From contig CBDBLX010000002.1 of assembly GCA_965207445.1 (NCBI GenBank), positions 608,001 through 672,000 of the forward strand: a DNA stretch of 64,000 nucleotides, given 5' to 3'. The notes beneath the pieces are model-generated. The model saw only the letters and a list, made by a program, of their open reading frames with translations. It was not told where the DNA came from and did no database searches. The DNA comes from Nitrosopumilus sp. GTDB taxonomy: Archaea; Thermoproteota; Nitrososphaeria; Nitrososphaerales; Nitrosopumilaceae. The translations under genes were made by a program, and so were the position numbers. Positions 20,439 to 32,164 of this stretch are shown here, in pieces (the stretch's first letter is position 1; every line of letters begins with the position of its first letter).

Positions 20439-21742
20439 TGTCAGTTATTGCACCCAACTTTAAACTAAGTGAATTTATAAAATCACTTTTTGACAATGCA
20501 TTTTGGGCACTATTGCTTGCAAATTTGGTAGGTCTACCTGCCATAATGATGGTGCTGTTTTATATCGAGATGCCTGTGATCGATGGTGAACTTCTCACAC
20601 CATTTCTTGCATTCACATGGTTAGCTGACCCATCGCGTATACTGCCAATAGTGCATGCGTTTATGGCAACTGACATGTTCCGTGTTATGGTATTTCCAGG
20701 ATTTGGGTTTGCTGCTTTGATTGCCGCAGGGACAATATTTGTAGAGCGAAAGATGCTTGCAAAATTACAGCTTCGTGTGGGTCCATTTTACTGTGGCAAA
20801 GTAGAGGGAATACTTCAGTTGATGGGTGATGGTTTGAAACTTATATCAAAAGAGATAATCATCCCTGCAAAAGCAGACAAGCCAATATTTTGGGTCGCAC
20901 CTATAATTTTTGTGGCTACTGCTGCTGCATTTGTGGCACTGATTCCTGTCGCACCTGGTTGGGTTGTTGCAGACGTTGACTTGGGTCTACTTGCAGTATT
21001 TGCAGTTATAGGGTTCTTTCCAATAGTGACTATACTCTCTGCGTGGTCTGCAAATTCAAAGTTCCCATTCATTGGTGGAATCAGGGCACTATTTCAGATG
21101 GTCTCATTTGAGATTCCATTAATATTGTCTCTTCTTGGTGTAGTTATACTAACAGGTACATTAAACCTCTCTGAGATTGCTGCTAGCCAATCATCATTCC
21201 CATGGATAGTATTTCTACCAATAGGTGCAATCGTATTCTTTACCACGATGCTTGCAGAACTAGAACGAATCCCATTTGATCTACCTGAAGCTGAATCAGA
21301 AATTGTGGCAGGCTGGCTCACAGAACTCTCTGGAATGATGTACGGGTTGGTACAACTTGGAACGTATCTTAAACTCTATGCATTTGCAGCTCTGTTTGTT
21401 GTATTATTTTTGGGTGGTTGGAATGGGCCTATGGTAGTGCCACCTTTCCCAGCGGAGATCATAACTGATGGTATTGTTATGGGTCCTGTAACTGCAAAGT
21501 TCCCTGGACTGCCACTATTCACACAGGAGATGCTAAATGGAACATTGTGGTTTGTTCTAAAGACCGTAGCAGTGATATTCTTCATATTATTGCCCAGAGG
21601 TGTGTTCCCTCGAATTAGAATTGATATGTTGCTTAGTCTAGGATGGGGCAAGCTTATAGGACTTGCATTTGTCAACATCTTTATTGCATTGGGCTTGATT
21701 TATGCTGGAGTTTTGGGACCTGGAGGTATGATACTGCAATGA
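20438..21742 (+). CDS. nuoH: Complex I subunit H
   Basis: ERKMLAKLQLRVGP, DGLKLISKE, RIPFDLPEAESE. Confidence 0.95.
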   Translation: MSVIAPNFKLSEFIKSLFDNAFWALLLANLVGLPAIMMVLFYIEMPVIDGELLTPFLAFTWLADPSRILPIVHAFMATDMFRVMVFPGFGFAALIAAGTIFVERKMLAKLQLRVGPFYCGKVEGILQLMGDGLKLISKEIIIPAKADKPIFWVAPIIFVATAAAFVALIPVAPGWVVADVDLGLLAVFAVIGFFPIVTILSAWSANSKFPFIGGIRALFQMVSFEIPLILSLLGVVILTGTLNLSEIAASQSSFPWIVFLPIGAIVFFTTMLAELERIPFDLPEAESEIVAGWLTELSGMMYGLVQLGTYLKLYAFAALFVVLFLGGWNGPMVVPPFPAEIITDGIVMGPVTAKFPGLPLFTQEMLNGTLWFVLKTVAVIFFILLPRGVFPRIRIDMLLSLGWGKLIGLAFVNIFIALGLIYAGVLGPGGMILQ

Positions 21743-22236
21743 ATACTGCAACTGGAATTATACGTGCATTAAACTCTGGTGTTAAACACTTGGCTATCAA
21801 GCGATTTACACTACGATACCCTGAAGAAAAACTAAAGTTTGTAGGTGATGGGTACCAGTTTGACCCTTCTACTGGTGTAGGGATTGCAGGACTCAAGGGA
21901 AGACACATGCTCTTTCATGATCATTGTACTGGGTGTCAGTTGTGCTCTATTGCATGTGAGGGTGTTGCAGAAGCCATAGGAATGGTAAAGGTACCTGAAG
22001 AGCAAAAACAGAACAAAAAATCCATAATGCCGCAGATCGACTATGGCAAGTGTGTCTTTTGTGGATTGTGCGTTGATGCGTGTCCATTTTATGCGCTATA
22101 CATGACAAATGACTATGAATTATCATCATTCTCAAAAGAGGGTCTCATATACACACCTGCCCAGTTGGCAGTAAAGCCGTATGTAAAGCAGGATGCTAGT
22201 ATTCAGATAACTGATAGGGGTGCGACTCATGGCTGA
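21739..22236 (+). CDS. nuoI: Complex I subunit I
   Basis: Two 4Fe-4S motifs CTGCQLC..AC and CVFCGLCVDACP; ATG at 21739. Confidence 0.94.
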   Translation: MNTATGIIRALNSGVKHLAIKRFTLRYPEEKLKFVGDGYQFDPSTGVGIAGLKGRHMLFHDHCTGCQLCSIACEGVAEAIGMVKVPEEQKQNKKSIMPQIDYGKCVFCGLCVDACPFYALYMTNDYELSSFSKEGLIYTPAQLAVKPYVKQDASIQITDRGATHG

Positions 22237-22744
22237 TCCTGTCTTTGTGGTTTTAGCAGTTATTACGATTGGATCTGCAATTGCCGCCCTTGAACTACGC
22301 TCATTAATATATGGCTCAATTGCTCTTATGGGAACACTTGGTGGCATTGCGGGATTCTTTTTGTTGCTTGACTCTACGTTTGTAGCACTGTTTCAGCTTG
22401 CAGTATATGTGGGGTCTATTGCTGTATTGATACTCTTTACTGTCATGCTTGTAAAACGTGAATTAATATTTAAAAAGATTGAAGACAACCGTCGCAGGTT
22501 TGCAGGTATTGCATTGATGCTTGTTGTGATGGTCGGAATTGGTGCTGTGTTTATAGACTCTGGCATCAAAGATATAACCACAGACGCACCCCCTGTTGAC
22601 TTTAGGGAGATCGGTTCTGACTTTGTCACATATTATTGGCCTGCGCTTATCTTGATGGGTCTTATTCTTGCAGGTTCTGTGACTGGTGCACTGGTGCTAG
22701 CAAGGAGGGAGGATATAGAGGAGAATGGTCAACGAACTAGTTGA
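22229..22744 (+). CDS. nuoJ: Complex I subunit J
   Basis: FQLAVYVGSIAVL, multiple TM segments, operon position. Confidence 0.92.
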   Translation: MADPVFVVLAVITIGSAIAALELRSLIYGSIALMGTLGGIAGFFLLLDSTFVALFQLAVYVGSIAVLILFTVMLVKRELIFKKIEDNRRRFAGIALMLVVMVGIGAVFIDSGIKDITTDAPPVDFREIGSDFVTYYWPALILMGLILAGSVTGALVLARREDIEENGQRTS

Positions 22745-23030
22745 TTTTACTCTAGTCTCCGTCGCCCTCTTGGGGATAGGGATCTATGGGCTTGCAGTAA
22801 AGCGCAATTTTATTCGAATGCTCTTTGCAGTGGAGATCATAATTAATGCGGCGAATCTGAATCTGGTGGCATTTGGCAGATTCATACCTGAGAGTGGTGG
22901 GCAGACATTGGCACTATTCTCTATTGCAATTGCTGCAGCAGAGGTGGCCGTAGGTTTATCGTTAATTATAGTGGCGTATAGGATGTATCAAAATGTGGAT
23001 ATTGCAGACTTTAGGAGCCTTAGGGGCTAG
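22725..23030 (+). CDS. nuoK: Complex I subunit K
   Basis: EIIINAANL, AAAEVAVGL. Confidence 0.94.
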   Translation: MVNELVDFTLVSVALLGIGIYGLAVKRNFIRMLFAVEIIINAANLNLVAFGRFIPESGGQTLALFSIAIAAAEVAVGLSLIIVAYRMYQNVDIADFRSLRG

Positions 23031-23050
23031 TTGGATGGTGAAAATATAAT

Positions 23051-24778
23051 ATGATGGATTATGCGTTATTACAAGCAGTCTTTCTACCACTGTTGCTATC
23101 TCCTGTTGCTTATGTGTTGGGACGCAAGATGGGACCGTCTCCTGCAATGTGGTTTACGTTTGCAGTCTTGCTGTATTCTACTGTACTTGTGATAACATCT
23201 GCAATTCAAAACGACGTGACAGAAGAGCATTACCCGTGGACTGAACTTTTCGGAGAGTTTGGATTCTTGATGGATGGCTTGGCATCACCGTTTGCAATTA
23301 TCATATATGTACTATCTACAATACTTGCTGTATACTCTAAACCGTATATGATTCACAAGTTCAAAGAACAGTTTGAAGAAGAGCGACACACTGCGATCAC
23401 TGCTACGGCAACGCATGAGGTATCGCATGGTAGTAGCAGTAATAATACTACTAGTAACCGCGACAACGCTGATGATGATGATGCTGCTGCTGTTGCTGCT
23501 GATGTTTCTACCCCTAGTAACTCAAATAATGCCAAAGCACTAGAATCATACATCAACGCAAAATCTGGTCTGTACTTTGCACTATATCTGGTATTTGCAA
23601 TGGGTATGCTTGGAACAGTTCTTGCAACCAATTTAATCGAATTTTACATCTTCTTTGAGGTCATGCTCATACCTGGTTTCTTTTTAGTTGCATTGTGGGG
23701 TGATGGACCGCGTCGAAAGATTGGATTGATGTTCCTATTTTGGACTCATGCAGGTGCTGTTGTGCTACTTTTAGGCTTTCTTATGATTGGGCTGACGATT
23801 GGAAGCTTTGATTTTGCTGCTATTGATGAGTCTGTACTACCGTCTGATATTGCCTTGCTGTCTGGTGTTGCTATCACGATTGGACTTGGGGTAAAGTTGG
23901 CAGTCTTTATGTTTCATATATGGCTACCATACGTACATGGCTCGGCCCCTACTCCGATAAGCGCACTACTGTCTCCTGCAATGATCGGTATTGGTGCATA
24001 TGGTGTGTTTAGATTGATAGTGGAGTTATTGCCTGCGACGTTTGCAGAATTATCCATATGGCTTCATGTATGGGGACTAGTCACTATGATATATGGTGGC
24101 GCCATGGCACTCATGCAAGATGATCTCAAACGACTATTGGCGTACTCGAGTATAAGTCAGATGGGATACCTTTTGTTTGGAATTGGTTCTGCGTCTGTAC
24201 TCGGACTGTCTGGTGCAGAGATGATGTATGTCACACATGCATTGGGCAAAGGAATACTGTTCATGACCGCTGGCATTATTATTGTCAGAGTTGGCACACG
24301 TAGTATATCGAAGCTTGGTGGTCTAGCAGGTAAGATGCCAATTACTGCAGTGTGTGCTGTGATCGGTGCACTGACGATCATGGGTGTGCCCCCTACAAGT
24401 GGATTTATGGGCGAATGGATTCTATTTTATGGCGCCCTGGAGACTGCAATTGAAGAGGACTCTATGCTTCGTTCTGTTACGTTTGGATTGGGATTGGTTG
24501 CAACTGCGCTTACAATGTCTTATATGTTGTGGATGTTAAAGCGTGTCTTTTTTGGCAAGATGCCTGAGCATTTGAGCAACGTCAAAGAAGGGAGTTGGTA
24601 CATGACTGTCCCGATGATGATATTGGCAGGATTTACTATTGTATTGGGCGTGTATCCTGATATATTTTTGGAAACTATTGTTCCATATATGGAGACATTA
24701 TTTATCTCACCTGTAGCATCTACAGTGAGCGTAATTGATGCTGATGTATTGGGTGTAGGAGGAGGAGGAGTCGTATAA
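23051..24778 (+). CDS. nuoM: Complex I subunit M (with polar low-complexity insertion)
   Basis: FFEVMLIP, FHIWLPYVHGSAPT, KRLLAYSSISQMG. Confidence 0.92.
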   Translation: MMDYALLQAVFLPLLLSPVAYVLGRKMGPSPAMWFTFAVLLYSTVLVITSAIQNDVTEEHYPWTELFGEFGFLMDGLASPFAIIIYVLSTILAVYSKPYMIHKFKEQFEEERHTAITATATHEVSHGSSSNNTTSNRDNADDDDAAAVAADVSTPSNSNNAKALESYINAKSGLYFALYLVFAMGMLGTVLATNLIEFYIFFEVMLIPGFFLVALWGDGPRRKIGLMFLFWTHAGAVVLLLGFLMIGLTIGSFDFAAIDESVLPSDIALLSGVAITIGLGVKLAVFMFHIWLPYVHGSAPTPISALLSPAMIGIGAYGVFRLIVELLPATFAELSIWLHVWGLVTMIYGGAMALMQDDLKRLLAYSSISQMGYLLFGIGSASVLGLSGAEMMYVTHALGKGILFMTAGIIIVRVGTRSISKLGGLAGKMPITAVCAVIGALTIMGVPPTSGFMGEWILFYGALETAIEEDSMLRSVTFGLGLVATALTMSYMLWMLKRVFFGKMPEHLSNVKEGSWYMTVPMMILAGFTIVLGVYPDIFLETIVPYMETLFISPVASTVSVIDADVLGVGGGGVV

Positions 24779-26859
24779 TGGCAGAAGCAGAATTGGAATC
24801 ATTTTTACCCCATATTGAAGCGATGCCTGAGGCTGCATGGTTGGTATGGATAATTCCGTTTGCTGCTGCCTTGTTGATGCCTGCAATAGGTAAAGGCTCT
24901 CAGCGAATAACTGGCTATGCTGCAGTTGGCTTTGCACTAATGTCGGCCCTTTCTGCATTTACGCTACTACCAACAGCGCTTGTCGGTGGTGAAATACATG
25001 ATCAGATCATGTGGATTGAGGCCATTGGACTAAAAGCAGGCGTGCTTGCTGATCCTCTGTCAGCTATAATGGCAAACGTGGTTGCATGGATATCATTTCT
25101 GATTATGATATATAGCACTGGCTATATGAAGGGCGACAAAAATATTGTCCGATTCTGGTTTTGGATGTTATTCTTTATAGGCTCTATGCAGTTGATTGTA
25201 CTATCTGATAATCTGTTGCAAGTATTCTTTGGCTGGGAGGGAGTCGGACTTGCGTCATATGCGTTGATCAGCTTTTGGTATCGTGACAAGCGCAAGGACC
25301 ATGTTGGACAAGAGAATCGCCGTGTATTGGGGTTGATGGATTACTATGCACCCACGCATGCTGGCATGAAGGCATTCATCATGACAAAAGTCGGTGATGT
25401 AATGATGATTGCAGGAATGCTATTGATATTCTTGTATGCTGGCACATTTGGCTTTAAAGAGTTAGTGGGTGATACTGCATGGGCAGTTGAGATGTCTGCA
25501 CAAGGACTATTGGTTCCTGCATTTGTTTTGTTGTTTGGTGGAGCTGTTGGTAAATCTGCACAATTTCCGTTAAATGAATGGCTACTAGAAGCCATGACCG
25601 GTCCTACTGCTGTCTCTGCATTGATACATGCAGCAACTATGGTAAAGGCAGGAGTATTTTTGGTTGCTCGTATAGGGCCAATAGTGTTTGCGTTGGGTGC
25701 TGCTGGTATACTAGCAGACCAATTCTTTGAGATTGTGGCTTGGGTTGGTGCAATTACTGCGTTGTTGCTTGCAACACAAGGTATGACGAATCCTGAGATC
25801 AAAAAAGTATTGGCATATTCTACTGGCTCACAGATAGGTTATATGATGATGGCCCTAGGCGTTGCTGGACTCTCGTATCAGTATGTTGATGGGTACACTG
25901 CGGGCTTTTTCCATCTAATATCACATGCAATGTTCAAAGCTTCATTGTTTATGGCAGCAGGCTCCCTTTTGCATGTGGTAGGCTCTAGATTCATGACTGA
26001 TATGGGTGGGCTACGAAAACACATGAAAAAGACATATGCGTTTATGTGGGCAGCCGGTCTGGGATTGATGGGCGCACCATTCATCACAACTGGCTTTTGG
26101 AGTAAAGATGCGATATTTGCAGCCGTCTTTGAGTCAAGTTCTGAGTGGGCATTACCTCTATATGCAATTGCAGTACTGACTGCTGTGATCACTGCATTTT
26201 ACACTACTAGAATGATTGGAATGGTATTCTTTGGTCCAAAATCAAAACACATTCAAAAGATGGAAGAAGATGGACACACTGTTCATGAAGCATCAATCTC
26301 AATGTGGGTGCCATATGGTATACTTGCAGTGTTGACTATTGGAATTGGTATAATTGGACTCTCTGCTGAGGAAGGACTGCATCATTTGTTTGATGTGTAT
26401 TTAGCAGAGTCATTTGGAATACATGCTACTGCTACTACAACACTTGAAGAATCCATATTGCCAGAATTCTTGCAAGGATTGAATCCTGTTGCACTTGGCT
26501 CGTCGCTTGTCGCATTTGCAGTTGGAATTGGACTAGGGTACATATTTTACATTGGTAGGTTAGTTGACCCTGTACGATTTGTTAATTCTAATTTATTCTT
26601 TTATGCAATACACAAAGTCATACTCAATAGATGGTATCTGAATGCTATTGTGTATTGGTGCTTTGTTGTAGCACCTCTGTGGCTTGCACGTGGTGTGTTT
26701 AGATACTTTGAGAAGACTGCAATCGATTATGGTATGAACGATGGATTACAAAAGGCGACTAGCTGGAGTGCTCGGGTGGTACAGGGAACTCAGACTGGTG
26801 TCTCGCAGTCGTATCTATTTGTGTTCGGGGCTGGACTGCTTTTCGTGGTCTTGATATTG

Positions 26860-26868
<9 letters not shown>
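24778..26868 (+). CDS. nuoL: Complex I subunit L
   Basis: GWEGVGLASY, GKSAQFPL..WL..AM.GPT.VSALIHAATMV. Confidence 0.95.
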
Positions 26869-27005
<137 letters not shown>

Positions 27006-27229
27006 AACGTAATTGACATGATGAAAACAAACTCAATTACAACAAAGATGCCAAATGTGATTGGCAGTATTATTGATGTATCAAACATACATAATACTGA
27101 TGTATCCATTGTAGCATACAATGATAACTGTATATCTAACAATATGTTGACCATACTACCACCCTCAACCTCTACGCATCATAATTATGATCAAACTTGT
27201 ACTAAACATATAGGAGGTCTCTTGCCACA

Positions 27230-28717
27230 ATGATCCCAATTGACTCTACACCTATGGTACTTGCAGCAATTTTGGGTGTTGTTGGCGTTGTGTTACCTCT
27301 CATCAGTATAGCACGTCGTGAATCTGGTGGCAGTTCTTCAAACACAATGTATGCTACAATTGCTTTTGGTACAATTTTAGTTGCGCTAGGATACGTGGGT
27401 TATCAGTTCATTGATGGGCAGATGAGTGCATCTGCACTATTCTCCGATGAGGTACTCTCTGATGATGCGTTTGGTGGATTTTTTGCAATTGTCATGTTGA
27501 TAGTTGCTCTGTTTACTGTGGCAGGTTCATTTACATACATGCGCAAGCATGAGAATGCGTCACCTGCTGTATACTATTCTCTGATACTTCTTGCCACAAT
27601 AGGAATGGTGCTAGTTGCATACTCTACTGACTTGGTTATGTTGTTTGTCGCATGGGAGTTGATGAGTATTCCAACATACATACTCGTTGGATTCATGAAA
27701 CGAAATCCTGCCTCAAATGAGGCCGCCCTAAAGTACTTTTTGTTCGGTGCCCTGTCATCTGCAATTATCATTTATGGTATATCATTATCATACGGGCTGA
27801 CAGGATCAACGAATATCGGTGATGTCATAAATGGTTATGCTACACTTGATCCGTCTCTTCTCCCACTTGCGTTATTGTCAGTTGGAATGTTGATTGCAGG
27901 ATTTGGATTCAAGATGGGATTGGTGCCGTTTCATCAATGGCTGCCTGACACATATGAAGGTGCTCCTGCTCCTATCACTACACTACTTGCTGCTGCTACC
28001 AAAAAGGCAGGATTTGCTGCTGCCATTAGAATAATTATCATGGGTGCTGTTGCACTAAATACTGACTGGACTCTTGCATTGGGTGTGATTGCCATCATGA
28101 CGATGACAGTTGGAAATGTTGCTGCTATTATGCAAAAGAATCTCTCAAGAATGCTTGCCTATTCTAGTATTGCACATGCAGGCTACATATTGATAGGACT
28201 AGCAGTGGCTCCACACAGCACACTTGGATTGCAAGGTTCTTTGTATCAAATATTCAATCATGCCATCATGAAGGGGGCCGCATTTATCGCAGTTGCAGGG
28301 ATTGTGGTTGCACTAGCAGTCACACACATTGACAAGCTTGCAGGATTGGGACGAAGGATGCCAATAACTGCATTGGGACTTGTCATCTCACTATTTGCGC
28401 TTGCAGGTGTACCACCATTGTCAGGATTCTGGAGCAAGATCATGTTGTTTGGTGGGGCACTAGATGCATCTACTACTCTATGGTGGGCACCGTGGCTTGC
28501 CATTGCCGGTGTCCTAAATAGTGCATTGTCACTTGCTTATTATGGTTGGATTACACGAAAGATGTACTTTGAAGGCGAGACTCAAAAACGTATAGTAGAG
28601 CCCAAGCCAGTAATTGCTGTAATGGTATTTGCCATGATCTTTTTGGTGGGATTCGGAGTCTATCCCGAACCGCTGATACAGTTCGTTGAATTTGCCACCC
28701 CTGTAATTGATTGGTAG
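27230..28717 (+). CDS. nuoN: Complex I subunit N
   Basis: EAALKYF, FKMGLVPFHQWLPDTYEGAP, RMLAYSSIAHAG. Confidence 0.95.
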   Translation: MIPIDSTPMVLAAILGVVGVVLPLISIARRESGGSSSNTMYATIAFGTILVALGYVGYQFIDGQMSASALFSDEVLSDDAFGGFFAIVMLIVALFTVAGSFTYMRKHENASPAVYYSLILLATIGMVLVAYSTDLVMLFVAWELMSIPTYILVGFMKRNPASNEAALKYFLFGALSSAIIIYGISLSYGLTGSTNIGDVINGYATLDPSLLPLALLSVGMLIAGFGFKMGLVPFHQWLPDTYEGAPAPITTLLAAATKKAGFAAAIRIIIMGAVALNTDWTLALGVIAIMTMTVGNVAAIMQKNLSRMLAYSSIAHAGYILIGLAVAPHSTLGLQGSLYQIFNHAIMKGAAFIAVAGIVVALAVTHIDKLAGLGRRMPITALGLVISLFALAGVPPLSGFWSKIMLFGGALDASTTLWWAPWLAIAGVLNSALSLAYYGWITRKMYFEGETQKRIVEPKPVIAVMVFAMIFLVGFGVYPEPLIQFVEFATPVIDW

Positions 28718-28942
28718 TCATATAATATTGATTGTTGTTTTATCTGCCAATCTTTTTTTTGTGTGGCCCCAAAAATAGGGCACTTTTGTATCCGAGTGGT
28801 TTGTGCACGTCAGTAGTTCGCAATGTGTTTTATATGATTTTATTTGAATAATCTGCAATGTCGTTAAACGTTGATGATCATACTTGATCAGATCAAATAG
28901 AGAGTGTAATATATGGGAACATTCTAGCACATTTGTTGTTAT

Positions 28943-29590
28943 ATGAAAAATGAGGTACTAGAACACCAATATGAATTGGGACAAGTAAATTATAAAGTTT
29001 TACGAAAATGATTCATCGATCTCGGACTAGACATACCAACTAGATATAACAGCAAGTATGGTGTGGATGATTATCTTGGTACACTTGCTACCATGTCACT
29101 TGACAACATGTGCGTAAATGCAGCAACACACAAAAGAAAACGCAATGAGGCTAACTATTTTAGAAAAGGAGAGCGCATAAACATACCATCTGAAAATACT
29201 GTGCTCAAATGCCTAAAGAGTGCAGATCTAGAGAAAGTAAAACAATGGGGTGACGAGAATGTCAAAGCAATGCTCAAGAATGCCAAAAAACACAACATGG
29301 TCAAAAAAGGTGGCACTATTGCAATTGATATGACCGGATGGGAATATTATGGCAAGGAACTTAAACCTGAGATCCTAAAAACAAAGCCCAAAAATGGCAC
29401 TGCAAGATTTCATTCATTTATGACAGCACAAATGGTAAATCAAGCAGGTAATTGTTTGCACATCGTATGATCAGTAATGATAAAATGGTCACAGTATGCG
29501 TAAAACCATTGAAAAATTAATTCGAGAGGATGCACGTCCGGAACTTGGCCTCTTTGATCGAGGTTTTTACAACGTTGCATGCATAGATTG
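28943..29590 (+). pseudogene. Degraded ISH3/IS4-like transposase
   Basis: ATG 28943, in-frame TGA 29009, then IAIDMT..YYGK..KPKNGT; downstream fragment LFDRGFY; truncated. Confidence 0.72.
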
Positions 29591-29601
29591 GTTCACACCT
29601 T

Positions 29602-29674
29602 GATATAAAGACAGGAATATAATCAAATACAAGTATGTGATTTACTTATTGCATTCAAAGAGCTTGGTTCACAC
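29602..29674 (+). mobile_element. Partial copy (right half) of ~149-bp MITE family A
   Basis: CAAATACAAGTATGTGATTT...CAAAGAGCTTGGTTCACAC aligns with 50522-50572. Confidence 0.75.
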
Positions 29675-29820
29675 CTTTAGAACACGTGGCATTATCGTCT
29701 TGCGGTGTGTACTACTGGACATCTGCATCTGAATCCGATAGAAGAGGTATGGGATATACTCAAGTGAGCAGTTGATGACGAAATTAGTTATGCGGATAAA
29801 ACGACCCATCTAACTAGAGG
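29675..29820 (+). pseudogene. IS630-family transposase remnant
   Basis: HLNPIEEVWDILK motif followed by a stop; boundaries approximate. Confidence 0.55.
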
Positions 29821-30043
29821 GGCAGTTACGCGCCGCACTTCTTGCGGCCATGTCAGACATATATAAAAAATAATCACATGTTATTTACAACCAATTCATG
29901 ACTTTGATCTGTGCTAAGACTTATGAGCGTCGTTATATGCTGGTGGGCACGCCCATGCCGGCACTTTTCGTCCTTTTTGTGGATCAATCAGAGGCCGTGT
30001 AACGAATTACGATAAAAGATGATCCTGTGTGCATAATAGTTTC

Positions 30044-30133
30044 ATTAAAGATCCGATAGTTTTCTAATATTTTGTATTCATAATATGTGCTCAACTTCGA
30101 GATGAATATCAATCAAAATATCGGATCTTTAAT
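30044..30133. mobile_element. 90-bp element with perfect 15-bp terminal inverted repeats (putative MITE)
   Basis: ATTAAAGATCCGATA 30044-30058 / TATCGGATCTTTAAT 30119-30133. Confidence 0.55.
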
Positions 30134-30180
30134 CATATTAGTATGCATAAGTACGAGACAGAACAGAATACGCAAAGTCA

Positions 30181-30558
30181 TTACTTGTCTAAGCCCGCTT
30201 CAAAAAACCAACCACGCTGTACTGCCACTGCCCGAAGACGCTGGGAAGTTTTCCTGATTTGACGGTTGGTGGCTTTTCCGAAATTAATCAATGCGTGTTC
30301 CTTATATGGCTCAGGATCAGGCACAACGTTCAGTCCCATGTGGGTGCATTCGTCCACGATCACCGCCATGACACCTCTAGACTCGCACTTGACTATGGTG
30401 GTATAATGCCGCCGTGCTTCCTCGGCCGTAATCTGATCTCCATCATAGACTGACAGGCGAGGATCACCATGCGGGGGACGAAACGCCTGAGAACCAATAC
30501 GGTCCTCATTAAAAAATCTGGGATGAATCTGTCGATACAGTCGAGTTTTGCCATTCAT
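30181..30558 (-). CDS. Hypothetical protein (LYRQIHP..SQAF..LSV..H family), downstream gene of a two-gene pair
   Basis: ATG 30558 gives MNGKTRLYRQIHP...; higher GC than core genes. Confidence 0.7.
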   Translation of the reverse strand: MNGKTRLYRQIHPRFFNEDRIGSQAFRPPHGDPRLSVYDGDQITAEEARRHYTTIVKCESRGVMAVIVDECTHMGLNVVPDPEPYKEHALINFGKATNRQIRKTSQRLRAVAVQRGWFFEAGLDK

Positions 30559-30574
30559 TTTGACATCTATTATT

Positions 30575-31059
30575 TCACGTACTTGTCTGGTCAGCGACCC
30601 ATTTCCAGTCGGCCGACTCATCTAGATCCAATGTTTTCTCGTCACTCTGGTCAGTGTCAGTATTGTAGCAGCTCCATTCGCCGTGATGATTACCAAGGTC
30701 TATCCCTAGACTGATCTCTCGCTTGCCTATACTCATTCCATGTCAACTCCGCCTTCCGGAGTAGGATACACGTAAGGAAGTGTTGCATTCTTTGGGTAAT
30801 ATCGACTAAAGATACCTGACAGCCAATCCAATCCCGAGTGGCTGGGGGCACTACCTTCTCCGTCCAACCAACCGGGTTGCATGTCGCGTAACTTGTCGAT
30901 CTGTGCCGGCACATTCAATCTGTCAGACGCGGTAATGTGTTTACGCAGCGGTATCCTACTTTTATCATTGAGTTTATCAAACTCTTGACTTATCTGATTT
31001 GTGAGCGTATTGAGTTTTGTATCTCCAATTTGTGTACACTCATCAACTGTAGTTGCCAT
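30575..31059 (-). pseudogene. Frameshifted hypothetical protein (GWLDGEG..P..YPTPEGG..EW family)
   Basis: ORF stops at ME-TGA (30733); adding one G gives MEWSIGKREISLGIDLG...WKWVADQTST ending at 30575. Confidence 0.65.
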
Positions 31060-31082
31060 ATTATTAGATGGATATGGTTTTA

Positions 31083-31136
31083 TATATTACTAGTTATCTA
31101 TATTACTAGTTATCTATATTACTAGTTATCTATATT
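31083..31136. repeat. 17-bp tandem repeat TATATTACTAGTTATC(TA) x3
   Basis: Directly visible. Confidence 0.85.
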
Positions 31137-31219
31137 GGTAACCGTTCACCCTTTCCCTCACACTCCGCCCCACAAGCCCAGAGTAGCAACAGACGCGGCT
31201 TTAACTTGATTATCTGCCC

Positions 31220-31368
31220 GTATGAAGCAAGCTCTTTGGACACAATAATAAAATCACATATTTGTATTTGGTCACATTCCTGCTTGTATATAGAATCCTG
31301 AATCTGCGCGACGTTTGACTTGGTGCTATTTTTTAATGACCATATCAGTCATAGAGCTTGGTTCATAC
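31220..31368 (-). mobile_element. Full-length 149-bp MITE family A (IS66-type ends)
   Basis: GTATGAAGCAAGCTCT ... AGAGCTTGGTTCATAC (15/16 IR); reverse complement aligns over the full length with 50425-50572; no TSD seen. Confidence 0.78.
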
Positions 31369-31497
31369 AACAAGATCTGTGTGGTAAACAACGTTTAATG
31401 GATTTTCTAGGCACGAATCTTGGTTCATACCACAACACTACAAAATTCGGGATAATGTATCTTTTTATTATAATATGTATTTTGATCTAACAAGAAC

Positions 31498-31671
31498 ATG
31501 AAAAACGTAAAATACACAATACCATTCTTGGCATTGATTTTACTCGTACCTAGGGGTATGCATAACTCACTTGCACAAGGACCAATCAACGATCAGCAAG
31601 TTCAGGGTAATACTGGTAATGCGGAAGGTGAAACACATCTATTCGAAGCACTAGATGACGAACCTTTTTAA
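31498..31671 (+). CDS. Short ORF with signal-peptide-like N-terminus (possibly a remnant)
   Basis: MKNVKYTIPFLALILLVP...SLAQ, 57 aa; stop overlaps the next ATG. Confidence 0.35.
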   Translation: MKNVKYTIPFLALILLVPRGMHNSLAQGPINDQQVQGNTGNAEGETHLFEALDDEPF

Positions 31672-31967
31672 TGATGTCTAAAATTGTATCATATAATAAG
31701 ATTGCAAGTAAGATTCATGCAATTGTGCTTTTTTCTATGGCGGCCACCATAATTATGGCCACATGGATGATTTCATCGCACGGTTTTATTCTTGAATATT
31801 TTTTATCGTTTCATTTTACTTATGGTGTTATTTTTGCCTCGTCTGCTATAGCACTTGGCACGATACAGTGGCAGAGACACAGTGGCAGCATGTGGTATTG
31901 TGTATTGGCTTGGTATGTATCACTCCTCATTACCCTGCGCTTTTATCTTGGCACAGTCGCAACATGA
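31671..31967 (+). CDS. Small membrane protein (about 3 TM)
   Basis: Hydrophobic 98-aa ORF. Confidence 0.45.
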   Translation: MMSKIVSYNKIASKIHAIVLFSMAATIIMATWMISSHGFILEYFLSFHFTYGVIFASSAIALGTIQWQRHSGSMWYCVLAWYVSLLITLRFYLGTVAT

Positions 31968-32164
31968 TCAACTATAGTAACTGATCTTGACAGTGGATGA
32001 CGTAATCCTGAGATCATGCAACGGGATGAGAAATTACACTTGGCTTTTCTACTTTGACAAAATACCGTTTGAATACGATCGAACCGGGAAAAACAAGAGT
32101 GCAATGCCGGCATGACCCGCCACAACATCCCGACGGATCCTGCGCGTCCTGGGCACCGCTGCAC

